Below, piece after piece: positions 23,101 through 36,360 of a stretch of 64,000 nucleotides of DNA (position 1 is its first letter; the number at the start of each line of letters is the position of its first letter). The DNA is taken from contig MU059330.1 of the NCBI GenBank assembly GCA_013265495.1, positions 14,083,980-14,147,979 on the forward strand, in the 5' to 3' direction. The translations under genes and the position numbers were made by a program. The notes under the pieces are model-generated. The model was given only the letters and a program-made list of their open reading frames with translations, was not told where the DNA came from and searched no databases. The DNA comes from Vicugna vicugna (lineage: Eukaryota).

Positions 23101-25607
23101 ATGCTCAACTTGAGGACTTTCACGTTTGCGGGTGTGTAGATTTTCCTGTCTTTCTTTAAAGGACGTGAGATTTGTTCCGGCAGGAAGTTAGTCTGCTTGC
23201 TGTACAGGGTTATCCTTTCGAAGCTGGCTTTAAAGCCTGTTGACATGGTTCCAGGTGGCCCTGGCTTTGGGGACAGTCTGTTCGCCTGCTGCAGTGTGGC
23301 CTTCCCAGGGCGGGGGTGCGCCAGCTCTGAGGGCACTTCTGCAGCCGCGCTGCCGACCCGCACGGCCTCCTGGGAGTCCGGGGTCCTGGGGAGGCCCTCT
23401 CTAGCGCCTCGGACTGCCCGGGCTCCAACCCTGCTTCCTGCGCCCAGCAAGACCACGCGCCGCGCTCAGCACCCCTGCCCAGCCATCGGGAGGGGCCCCC
23501 AGGCAGGGAGCTGGGCAGGAGGGCTCAGCCATGCGTCACCTCCAGGCCTGGGTCTGAAAACCCTCGTCTGGTTAGTCTCGCTTCATCGCTTTGTCCAGTT
23601 TTCTGGTCTTCGGTGATGTCGCTCTCTCGTGGCCGGGGCAGAGGGCCCCCGCCCCCTCCCCACAGCAGCCATCTCCCTCCCGGCAGAGCACGGCATCTGG
23701 CGCTCCCCGCGCCAAAGTCCGCTTTGCTGTTCTCTGCCTCTGGGTGAGGCTGGGGCCTCACCCCTTGGTGCCGGGGCCCTCATCTGTGCATGGGTGGGGG
23801 GCTGCCATGCGGGTTCAGCGAGGCTGTGCCTCAGGTGCTCTCATGTCATCCAGATGCAGGATGGCACAACCACAAACTCACCTGGGAAAGGAGCCCAGCC
23901 GACAGTGGGAGTCTGTGCCTTTCCCGAGGCTGGCCGTGGCCCGGGCCGCTCCGTCGGATGCCCCAGACCACTTACAGCTGCAGAAATGCCTGTGTTTCAG
24001 CCCCAGACCAGCTGCCCCGTTGTCCCCCGCCGTCCCTCCAGGCCATGCTCCTGCTCTTGGGCAGTGTAGTCCCTGCCCCGCGGCTGTCCTTGCTGGCTGG
24101 GGGGGCTGCCCCGCATGGTGAAGGGGCACAGTGGCCCCTTCCCGGGCTGACAGCGACCTGGAGAGGCCTGGCCTCTGTCTGTGGGACGTCACACAACTTC
24201 AAAGCAAGATGGATTTTTAGTCTTGGAGAAGAGCGTCGAACCAGTTGGATTTGAAATGTCTGAACGTGGAACCAGTGCCTGGCCCCCACCCCGCCCCACC
24301 CTCACCAGGAGAGCTGTGCACTTTCTGTGGAGCCCCGCCCTGTCAGCCTGGGAGGCTACGGATGCCTGTGGGCCACAGTGCTCCTTTCGCAGGCCGATGG
24401 TAAAGGGCTGTCCGCCCCCAGGTGTGGGTGCATAACCTGGCAGGTGCGTGTGCGAGGAGGCTGAGGTGCAGCTGGATTGCATGGAGAGGGTCCGTCTCTC
24501 ACACAGCCGCCTTTTGACACTGTGGCTTCACCTGGCAGTGCCAGCCTGTTGCTGGAGAGAGTTCGGGGTGATAAGACCTGGCTGGGGTGGGTGGGACAAG
24601 AAGGGACGCTGGGCAGCAGGCGCAGCGCCAACGCTGAGCTAGGGGGAGGAGAGGAAGACGCTAGGAGTTCTACCGCCCCAGAAATCCGGAGGAGACGCCA
24701 GGGAGGGCGGCCCCGGGGAGGACAGGCTGGCACGGCAGGCTGAGCGGTGTCCCACAGTGGCCTCCTCCCGCCTGCCCACCCCGGAGTGCGCAGGTGTGCC
24801 TCCCAGACCTCTCTCCATGCCTGTCAAGGCCTCCCTTGCCTCCCCTGCTGCGAGACTGTGATGCTCTGAAGACCCAAGTTCCTTCTACATGCCACCGTGA
24901 CGCCTGAAGCTGGCGGAAAGCTCTGGAAAGCTGGGTCTGCAGCATCCCGCCCTGGAGCCAGAATTACTTCCTAGGGATCCAGGCAAACTCGGTTGCTGCC
25001 AGCGACTCCTTTCACAGCCTGGCTCCTCCACTCCCTAGGGCAGCAGGACAGCCATGGAGTCGCCTTCGATTGATTCAAAATTCCTGCCTGTGAAGGAGAG
25101 GCAGCAGGTGTGCTGGGGACGTGACGGTGCTGCCTCCTTCCCCGCAGATGGTCACCAGGACTTAACAGGATCCTGTGTAGACAAGTGCCCGGATCCCTGC
25201 CTGGCACAGGGCATGCACCTCTGGCCATGAGTTCCATCCCCTCTGCACAGCCTTCTGTTCTGCCCCTGTGACGGAGCCCCCACAAGACGGGTCCCTAAGT
25301 GGGGCCGTCCTGAGTCTGTGGGATCCTCCCTGACGCAGCTGGAGCTGTGGGAGCAGGTGTCATCCGCTGCCACCCTTAGAGAACAGCCAGGCGCTGTGCG
25401 TCCTGCTTTATTGCTCTGAGTCCACTCGGCCTCCTCCCTGCCAGAAGTGGCTCTGGGCCATCCGGCAGGCAGCAGCGGCTCTGCCCCACTGAGCAGCGTC
25501 CCCTGGTTCTGCAGCTCCTTTCCTTCAAATACCCCGGTGCCCTTCCCTCTTCCAGTTCCAAAAAGCAGGGGTGCTGAGGGCCAGAGGCCAAGGCTGGGCT
25601 TCTGTGA

Positions 25608-26102
<495 letters not shown>

Positions 26103-26677
26103 TAGCTCTGGCTGAGAAACAGTGTCAAGGGGAAATGCACCCACAGCAGAGTGTTTTCAGCATGAAGATCAGCACAATATGAATTGGTTTTTGCCCATGA
26201 AAATATGTGGGCACCCAAAGCAACGCTGACCAAGCCGTGCCCATCACTTGGGACAATACTCACAGAGCAATTTCAGCACACGAGCCTTCCAACGACAGGC
26301 GCCCTCCTCCTCACCACCCCCAGCCCAGAGGCCATGTTTCACATGTAATCCAGGCGCACATTCACAGTCAGTGCAAATTCACCCCCACCTCACTCACCAG
26401 AAATGCAGCCACTCCTACAGCAGCAGGGCGAATGCAGACTAGGAATGTTCCTTCCTTGCCAAGCTGTTTGTCCTGCTTTAAGCCCTGGGAAGGACGTGCG
26501 GGGCAGAGGGCATTTAGCAGTCTGGCTCCAGCCAGCATTTGCTGAGCTGGCGTCCTGTGGATGTTTGGGGTGTCGGGCTTCCCAGTTTGAGGCCCCCCCT
26601 CAAACCATCAGGGTGACCCTGTGCCTGTTCCTGCCCACGGGTGGCCGGGGCACCCCAGGGATGCCTCCTCTCACCAG

Positions 26678-26812
26678 GTCGTGTGGATCACGGCCACCAT
26701 GCCGTACGTGGTCCTCTTTGCTCTGCTCCTGCGAGGAATCACTCTTCCTGGGGCCATGGACGGCATCAGGGCGTACCTGAGCGTGGACTTCCATCGGCTC
26801 TGCGAGGCCTCT
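26678..26812 (+). CDS. SLC6A3: DAT exon 6 (TM5, EL3)
   Basis: caccag|...tct|gtgagt, 135 nt, [45 protein letters not shown]. Confidence 0.98.
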
Positions 26813-28055
26813 GTGAGTATGCCCTCGGCTCGCCGCCCTGTGGTCCACAGGCACTGGCCTTCCGCAGCAGGAGACCCCAATGGCAGCCGCTGGGCAGGAA
26901 CTTCTCACTCGCCCTGCAGTGCGCCCGGCTCTGTGGGAAGACCTGGCCCGCCAGGCAGAGCTCACCGTCCAGTTGAGACGGGGACGGTGGGCACAGGAGG
27001 GGCTGAATGGACCAGATAAGGAAGTTTGGGGGACGCCACCTTGGTCTCTGCAGGAAGAAAGCGGAAGGCTGCTGCCACTCGACCTCCTCCCCTTGGCCCA
27101 TCCCACTTCCTGGAGGAAGGCTCCAGTTCCTCGTTCCTCGGATCAGCACCTGTGGGGCTGCCAGTCTGTGCTGGGGGGCTGGGGCTGGGGGCTGCTCACC
27201 TGGCTCACAGCCCTGAGCTCTGGCTCCCTGGGGGTGTTCCGAGCTAGACTGGGACGAGGTGACGTTGTGTGAACCAGGGAGTGATCTAATCACATCCCAT
27301 CCAAAACTGAGTCCCCAGTCAGGCTGCAAATTTCTCCAGCAAAGAAAGAAAGAAATCTGGCCTGAAATACTTGGAGACAACCTCATGCAGAGACAAGGCT
27401 CGACTGGGCAACTGGAGGAGACGACGGGAGCGGGAGAGGGAGAGGCAGCAGCATTGCAGGGAAACCAGGCCCAGAAGTGGGAGTGGCCACTGGCAGGAGG
27501 CGGGAATTGTAGGAAATTCGAGTGGACTAGTCCTGGCAAACGGTGGCGGCCGCCTGTCAGCCACTCCAGGAGAAGCAAGGGGGGGGAGGGGAGTGGGAGC
27601 CAGCAGTGCTGCTGGGTGGTGCTGGGTGGGGAGTGGGGCTCATGGTGGGTGGAGGGGGCAGGGGAGGGCACCGTGACTCCGTCCCCAGGAACCTGGGAGG
27701 GGAGGAGCTGGCCACTGCGTGCTGCTTCTCCTGTGTGCTTCTGGCACCGCGGTTTGGGGAGAAAGCAGGCATGAGTGGGTGTCTCTATCGAGGCACCAGC
27801 ATCACACAGCATTTTAACAGATCAGTGCTGTCACGAGGGTCACGGGTCATCATGCCAGCAACAGGAAATTGCAGGTTCAGTGCCCCTTTCTTCAGGTTCC
27901 TTCACACTGGCGACCCGGGAAGGGCTTGTTCCCTGAGACTGTGTTTGCCCAGACCACGTGGCTGACGCCATCTGTCCTTGACCATGACCTTGAGTTTCAG
28001 TCCGACTCTGTCCGCCGTGACCTCTGACCGCCCTGTCTCCCTCGGGTTCCTGCAG

Positions 28056-28159
28056 GTTTGGATCGATGCTGCCATCCAGATATGCTTCTCACTGGGAGTT
28101 GGGCTTGGGGTCCTGATCGCCTTCTCCAGTTACAATAAGTTCACCAACAACTGCTACAG
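28056..28159 (+). CDS. SLC6A3: DAT exon 7 (TM6)
   Basis: ctgcag|...ag|gtgagt, 104 nt, [34 protein letters not shown]. Confidence 0.98.
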
Positions 28160-28934
28160 GTGAGTCCTGAGGTGCCGGAGGAGGGTCTGCAAAGTCAGGC
28201 GGGGGCATCGCTGATGTGGGGGCATGTCATTGACTTTTGGAAATGTTGTGTCCCTGGATGAAGGGAGAAGGGAATAATTTGTGCTTGCAAACCTCTAAGC
28301 CAAAATGGCTGTTTAAATGGAAATGAAACAGGGAAGCTACAGGCACAGTGTTTCCTGCTTCAAGGGAGGTTTTGAAGCAGGGAAGGTGTTGGCGCCTTCC
28401 TGGGAGGAAGTCTCACGGATCCCCCCACCCCCAGGCCCCTCCCTCTGCCTCCCTCCTCCATCCCCTGCCCGGCCCCAGCTCGTCCTCCCAGTACTCAGGG
28501 TCCACTCCTCTCCAGACGTTGCCCCCATGAGGAAGGGCCTGCATCGAGGGAGCCTGGGCCCTGGGGGACATCCCAGACCCTGTGCAGCGGCACCCCGGTG
28601 CCCCAGCACCAGGCAGGCAGGACAGCAGCAGCACCGAGCGCCCACACCCCCGACAGCGTCTCCGCTGGTGCCACAAGGCCCAGGATGTCCTCAGTGACCC
28701 GCAGCCACCTGCTGGACCTGAAATCCTTCTGAAAGCAGAACAAGAATTCCGTCTGGGGCCGCTTTCTTTGAACTTTCCGAGCCTCTGTTTATTTTCTTTC
28801 ACATCATGAGGATAACAATTCAGTAAAAGTACAAGGGTGCCCTCCTTTGTACGTCCTTGCAGCCAGCACCCGGAGGGCTGACCCCACACCCGCCCCCTCC
28901 CTTGGTCTGGCCCTCTGAATCCCCAGCCCTTGGA

Positions 28935-29050
28935 GTGGGGTCCCCAGGCCAGCAGCATCAGACCCTGGGAGCATGTGGGAAATGCAGCATCTGGGGCTCC
29001 CCAGACCCACCCCGTCAGAGCCTGCATTTTAACTAGGTCCCCAGAAGTCA
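28935..29050. mobile_element. MER5A-like hAT DNA-transposon MITE relic
   Basis: ccagcagcatcagaccctgggagcatgtgggaaatgcagcatctggggctccccagacc...gcattttaac resembles the recalled MER5A consensus. Confidence 0.6.
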
Positions 29051-29170
29051 CCTAGAAGCCCTGCCTGGCAGCCTCCGTGGAACAGGGGTGGGGACTCCCC
29101 CGCCAGTCAGCTGCTCTGCCCACCCAGAGCCCCAGCGTTGCTGGTGGGACAGTATCGCCATCAGCACTGA

Positions 29171-30223
<1,053 letters not shown>

Positions 30224-32106
30224 TGAGGCAGGGAGCAGGCCTGGTCCCAGGGAGACAGAGCTCGGGGCCCGGCACAGATGCGGTGCCGAGAGGCTCTGAG
30301 TGCTGGGGCCCCCCAGGCACCGGGGGAAGGTCTGCTGGTTCTAGAACCTGTGTGGAGAGTCACGGCTTGGGCAGCCTGAAGATGGGTCAGTCCAGGACTC
30401 CAGGGCCTCCGGGATCCCTGAGACCAGCCCCAGATCAGGGCTGGGCCCTTGCTTCCCCTGGGAGGCCCCTCTTCTCTGGGGGCCGGGGAGCTGCTGACTC
30501 CTGGGTCTTCTTGCTCTTGGGTGGGAGGGTGGCGTTCAGGGAGGGGTCGGCCCCACTGAGCCCTGAGCTCTCGGCCCTTCGGCCCATCATCCCACCCGCT
30601 TCTCGAGTTGCTGAGTGTTGGGAAACAGAGCTTTGGAGACAGGGAGGATGGACAGACGGGCCCCTCTGAAACTACGGCAAGAAAGTTGGGGGCTGGGATG
30701 AAGTCTCAGTATGTTTCCAGGTCCACACGCTTTCCTCTAGGAAAAGATTTCAATTAAGACAGGGGAGAGGGAGCATAACGCAAACAAACGCAGAGCAGAG
30801 AAATGCGCTGCCTTCGCATTTGTGCATTTTCACCCTCTTTTGCCCTTTATTATGGTAAATAGCCGTAGCTGGCAAGAACCTCCGTTAATCCCTGAGAGTA
30901 AGCTGAATGTCTTGGGTGCGTTTCCTTGACAAGCGAAGTAAGTGTCATTTATAGCCCTAATTCTCAGGGAAACGGTAAAATGTTACCTCGGGAACAGAAA
31001 CGAAAGGCGAGGATGTTGCTACGTTCTACCGAGCTAGCGGGTGTCTTCCTGGCTTCCTGGTTCATGGCGTTCAGACTTCAGAGTGCTTCAAGCCAGCCAC
31101 CCACTAGTCCCGTGTTGGAAGCCCTGCCCCTTCCGTGGGGCGTGCCTGGCCTGACACCAGGGCCTTGGGAGGTGGACCCTGGCTCTGGCCTTTGATTCTC
31201 GGGAAGGATCAGGAAGTGCCCCGTTGCTATGGGCTGGTGCCAGACACAGGCCCCCCAAGGCTGGGAGAACCGGGAAAGCTGTGCCCTACACCTCTGTTAG
31301 CTCAGGAGGCCGTGCCAGTGAGCTACGTGTGCACGTCTTTGAAAATTAACCAGGAAAGTGGCCAGCTAGCACTCTCCCGTGGGAATATTTTTGACTTTGG
31401 GATCGACGGCAGCCAAACTGCCTCGAGTCTGGGTTGAGTCCTGCACTGCTCCCGTCCCCCACCTCCGCCCAGACCCCACTTGCTGGGGCTAAGGGAGCCA
31501 GTGTGGCCCCGACGTGTGCCCTGACCCAGCACTCCCACAACCAGAGCGTCTCTGAGGCACCGTCGAGGGGGCTCGTGTGTGAGCAGAGATACACGCTCTG
31601 CAGGCAGCAGCCCGTGGGAAGCACTCACTAATTGCGGCAGCTCTGCGTTCATCACAGGGTTTCTAAAGATCATCTTAGAGTCAGATGTTGGTGCGGAAAG
31701 ATATGGTGGCGGCTGCGTGAATGACAGCAAGCCCGCGTGTGAGCATGTGCACGTGCATCCACGATGAGCATGGGGAGAACCAGCCAGCAGGCGCCCCCGG
31801 GGCTTTCAGGGGTGAAGGGCAGGCCCCCCGGAGGCCCCCCGCCCTCCTCCTCTCCCTGCGCCCCCACAGACCCGCATGGATGGGAAAGGCTTGGTGAAAC
31901 AGTGGAGGCTGAACAAGGCCCTCCCTCCAGATGACCCCGTTTCCAGGGTCCTGACCCTGAGCCCACGGAGGGAGGGCTTTCCAGGGAGAGCAGGAGAGAA
32001 GGCGTTGGGAGGGGCTCCACGGTCCTGTTGCTGGGGCGCTGGGCGGCCTCGCTGGTGGGGGCTGACCTGCAGCCACAGCGCGGGGCGACCGGGGGTCTGC
32101 TTCCAG

Positions 32107-32219
32107 GGCCGGGGCTGATCTTCATCATCTACCCCGAGGCGCTGGCCACGCTCCCGCTGTCCTCCGCCTGGGCCGTGGTTTTCTTCATCATGCTGCTCAC
32201 CTTGGGAATCGACAGTGCT
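32107..32219 (+). CDS. SLC6A3: DAT exon 9 (EL4b, TM8, including Glu396 and Asp421)
   Basis: ttccag|...gct|gtgagt, 113 nt, [38 protein letters not shown]. Confidence 0.98.
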
Positions 32220-33264
32220 GTGAGTGACCTCAGTGCTCCACGTGCCCTGGGGCCCCACCGGTGGCAGCGGCTCACCTCCGCCTCGCAGACCAGACCGGCC
32301 CCAGGCTCTCCCTGAGGGTCCCCCAAGTTCCTGTGCCCACACAGCCCCTGCATGGGAGGACGGGGGGGTCCCACAATTACGTGACCAGCTCACCCCTTCT
32401 TCTTTCCCTCGGGGGTGCCAGCCGCCCTCTCCCTGAGCCCTCTGAGGGTCCTAAACACACACACAACAGGGCAGGTCGGGCCAGCAGGCAGTGTAGGAAG
32501 ATGAGGAAGTAGGGTGGGGAGACCACGCAGAGCCCAGGCAGGCCCAGGAACTCGTGTTCCCTGCCCCTTTGCCACCAGGAGGAAGGGGTGCACATTCGGG
32601 GTGAGGGCGGGGGCAAAGCCCAGTCCAGTGAACATCCTGTGGTGGCCCTGAGTGTGCGTGGGCACTCAGGAGGCGGGCGGACGGGTCGGCTCTGGCCTCT
32701 GGACTTTCTCACGCTCCTCCTACTGGAGACCAACAGCCGAGAACTCGGGGTCCCCTGTTCACCCGAGCTTCCTGGGAAGTGCAGAGGACCACAAACCCTC
32801 CCCTTGTGAATGCTGGGTATACAGCTCCGCCTTCCGCCTCCATCTCCCAGCCAGCCTGGCCGCCCGCCCACTGGGCGGGCACGGCCTTTGAGCTGCACGT
32901 CTGGGGAGACAAATCCCATGAGCAGTTCTTCCTGGAGGAGGCAGTTCGACAGAGCAGGGCAGAGTCTCCCCTGCGGGCCAGGCCTCGTGGGGGACACCCC
33001 GTCACGACAGTCCCGAGAGTCAGGAAGGCTCTGCCAGTGAGGACATAGCCAGTGGCCCGGCCAGGTCCTCCCTGGGAGCAAAACTAAGCTGTTTGTGGGT
33101 CAGAGGTTTGCTTAGAGAAGCCCAGCAGAGCTGAGCCTTTGTGGCGGTGCAGTGGGTGGCATTACGTCAGCCAGGTAGCACTCCACCCCCAGGGCCTCCA
33201 GAGTGGCTGTGCAAATCACCACCAGGGGACAGAGAGTCCACCCCAGGTCCCCTCTCTCCAGTAG

Positions 33265-33582
<318 letters not shown>

Positions 33583-33737
33583 TGATGTCTGTTAGCACTC
33601 GGGGCCGGGCAGCGACCAGAGCGTTCCCGAGGGCTGCACCCCCGAGCAACCCATGACTCGTGATGACTCACGGGCTGCGGTCACAGGCGGGGCCGCCTTG
33701 GGCACTGGCAGGTGGAGGTCGCCGAAGCCCCAGTTAC

Positions 33738-33757
33738 TTCAGCACCTGGACAGCTCC
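33738..33757 (+). promoter_or_regulatory. Candidate REST/NRSF RE1 element with a 1-nt-shortened spacer
   Basis: TTCAGCACC-T-GGACAGCTCC versus consensus TTCAGCACC-NN-GGACAGCNCC. Both half-sites match. Confidence 0.55.
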
Positions 33758-34132
33758 CGGGAAGCGCCCTTGGCTGAGCTCCCGCTGGTTCGGCTTGTGG
33801 GGCTGGCGGGGGAGGGAGGCTTGTCTGGGGGTGCAGGGCCCGGTTCCCCCCCCACGGGGGCTCTGCTCTCTGGCATTTGCTTGCTTTCACTGCTAATTCT
33901 GCCCGGAGCACTGGGAAAGGGGAGGAGGGGGTTTTTACTTTTTGTGAAGGCAGGTCCCTGAGAAGCTGCTTGCGAATGAATCTTAGTGACTTGAATGACA
34001 CTTCGTAGGGACTAAAGCAGAAGATATCTGTCAACAGAAGCTGCAGGCCAGGTTTATATCTGGGGAGAGTGCTTTAGTGGGCGAGGCGGGGGTGGAGGCA
34101 CCCCCGTCGGCAGGCGCTCCCCTCCCTCCCAG

Positions 34133-34232
34133 GGCGGCATCTACGTCTTCACGCTGCTGGACCACTTCGCGGCTGGCACGTCCATCCTCTTCGGGGTGCT
34201 CGTCGAGGTCATCGGGGTGGCCTGGTTCTACG
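34133..34232 (+). CDS. SLC6A3: DAT exon 11 (TM10)
   Basis: tcccag|...g|gtaagg, 100 nt, [33 protein letters not shown]. Confidence 0.98.
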
Positions 34233-34319
34233 GTAAGGACAGACGGAGCCTCCCTGGGGGCTGGTGTGCTCCAACCGCTGAGACCCAGCTGCTGCCCCGG
34301 CAGTGCGACTGCTGGCGGG

Positions 34320-34510
34320 CGTCCTTGGGCTTTGGGAGGCTGGTGTTTCATGGGAACAGTTTCAGTTTGGGAAGATGAGAGCGTTCTGGAGATGATGGTG
34401 GTGATGGATGCACAACCATGTGAGCGTGCTCTATGCCACAAACTGTGCACTAAAGTGGTCAACTCTATGTCATATATGTATTTAGCACGACTTTTGTAAG
34501 TGAAAAAAAT
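34320..34510 (+). mobile_element. LINE-1 3'-terminal fragment (L1MB-like)
   Basis: gtttcagtttgggaagatgagagcgttctggagatgatggtggtgatggatgcacaacc...aaactgtgcactaaagtggt, ending in an A-rich stretch. Confidence 0.7.
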
Positions 34511-34817
34511 GATTGCAGAGGGGAGGCAGGGACGGCAGTGGGGCAAGGGGCAGATCACCTGAGGCGGGAGGAGGGCGGGGACCAGCAGGGAGCATTGCCG
34601 GGGCCCCACAGGTCTCCCTTAGGGGGTGCCGGTGATCCCAGTGTCACCAGGGGGACAAACATGGGGACTCCTGGTCAGCAAGACCCCTGGGGGGCCTGAG
34701 GGGGGCGGCCTGGGCACCTGAGGTCACGGGGACTGGCCCGGGGGTTAGCGAGGACGGCAGCGCCCGCATCCCAGGAATGCGCTGCGCTGACCGCCCTGCT
34801 CGGCTGCCTCCCCGCAG

Positions 34818-34918
34818 GCGTGTGGCAGTTCGGCGAGGACATCAGACAGATGACCGGGCAGCGGCCCAGCCTGTACTGGCGGCTGTGCTGGAAGTTCATC
34901 AGTCCCTGCTTCCTCTTG
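34818..34918 (+). CDS. SLC6A3: DAT exon 12 (IL5, TM11 first part)
   Basis: ccgcag|...ttg|gtgagg, 101 nt, [34 protein letters not shown]. Confidence 0.98.
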
Positions 34919-36026
34919 GTGAGGGCCCGCTCTGCCCAGTCCTCAGGCCACCCCAGAGCCAGCAGTGGCCACACCCAGGCTTGTCCTTGAGCGAAGCATA
35001 GCCTGAGGCTGGGGTGGGGCTCAGCGCTGCCTGGGGACCCGGGTCTCTGGACAGCAGTCGGCAGGTCACAGGACGCTGCAGGAGGGCAGGCTGGCCGCTA
35101 GAATCCTCTGGTCTCCTGAAGGTGTGGCTCCCTGCTGGACCCACTGAGAAACTTCACATGGGGTGCAGGGGGGTCTCCTACCCGATTAAAGCCGTGTGCA
35201 TCCTGCTTGGAGGGAAGGCCAGAGATGAGCAAGGCCGTCAGCTGACCTTTGCCTGAAGGACCACGATGGAATTTAGAGCTCGGGGGCGACAGGCACTCAG
35301 ACCTCGAGGACAGGAGCCACTTGGACTGTCACAGCGCAGCCCTGGGGGCCTCCCCAGGCACAGGCACCAGCGCGTCCAGCACCTGCCTGGTTTCTGCCAT
35401 CTGGGCAGGGGGTTTGCAAGCTCAGGCCCACGGCCAAGTCCACTGCTCACTTGTCACACTGGAGCATGGCTGTGCAGGGTCATTTACGACTGTCTGGCTG
35501 CACAGCCGGGTGGTTGTGACCCAGCCCGGATGGCTCACGAAGCCTGAACCATCTGCCCTGCCTGGTGGCCACAAACAGCTATTCAGGGGCTGTCCAGGTC
35601 TGAGAACAGCGCGTGGGCAGACGAGCACCTCCATGACCCTCCTCCCGCCCAGCCAGCCCAGCAGTGCTCAGGGTGTGCGTGGACTGGGCAGGCAGCTCGG
35701 GCAGCCCCCACCATGGCCAGTGGGGGTGCAGGTCCTGGCCAAGCGGCATTACCCCCGAGCTTCAGGACCTGCTCGTCACCCTGCCCACCTGGGAGCCTGG
35801 GCTCTGTTTCTCACCCGCTCATCCCAAGGGGTCACTCCAGGCCAGCGAGCGGTCCTGCTTTTCCTGGGGCGGCAATGTGGGAGGCTTGCAAAGGACAGTG
35901 GGAGAATGCCTGCCCCTAAGACCTAAGAGCTGGAGGTTCCGTGCGCCCCCCGGCCCGGTCCTGCCACAGCCTCCCGCTGCCCAGGTCCGTGTCTGCAGGG
36001 CCTGGGCGTGCAGGGGCACCCTCCAG

Positions 36027-36360
36027 CAGAGAGGCCCACTCCTCCCCACCTCCCCTGACCCCTGCCCCTTGGTTTCAGTTCGTGGTTGTGGTCAGCATCG
36101 CCACCTACAGGCCCCCACACTACGGCGCCTACGTCTTCCCCGAGTGGGCCAACGTGCTGGGCTGGGCCATCGCCGCGTCCTACCAGAGAGGCCCACTCCT
36201 CCCCACCTCCCCTGGCCCCAGCCCGGAGTTGCCCCTGACCCCTGTCCCTTGGTTTCAGTTCGTGGTTGTGGTCAGCATCGCCACCTACAGGCCCCCACAC
36301 TACGGCGCCTACGTCTTCCCCGAGTGGGCCAACGTGCTGGGCTGGGCCATCGCCGCGTCC
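36027..36360 (+). repeat. Tandem duplication of the intron 12 3' end plus the first 102 nt of exon 13 (copy A 36027-36180; copy B 36184-36360)
   Basis: Exonic 102 nt are identical (36079-36180 = 36259-36360). Intronic parts differ by a 23-nt indel and one C/T substitution. Junction is 'tac'. Confidence 0.95.
36079..36180 (+). other. SLC6A3: Extra partial copy of exon 13 with an intact acceptor but no donor of its own (potential alternative 3' splice site, +180 nt in frame)
   Basis: cctgacccctgccccttggtttcag|TTC GTG GTT... is open and in frame through to the normal donor at 36427. Confidence 0.7.
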
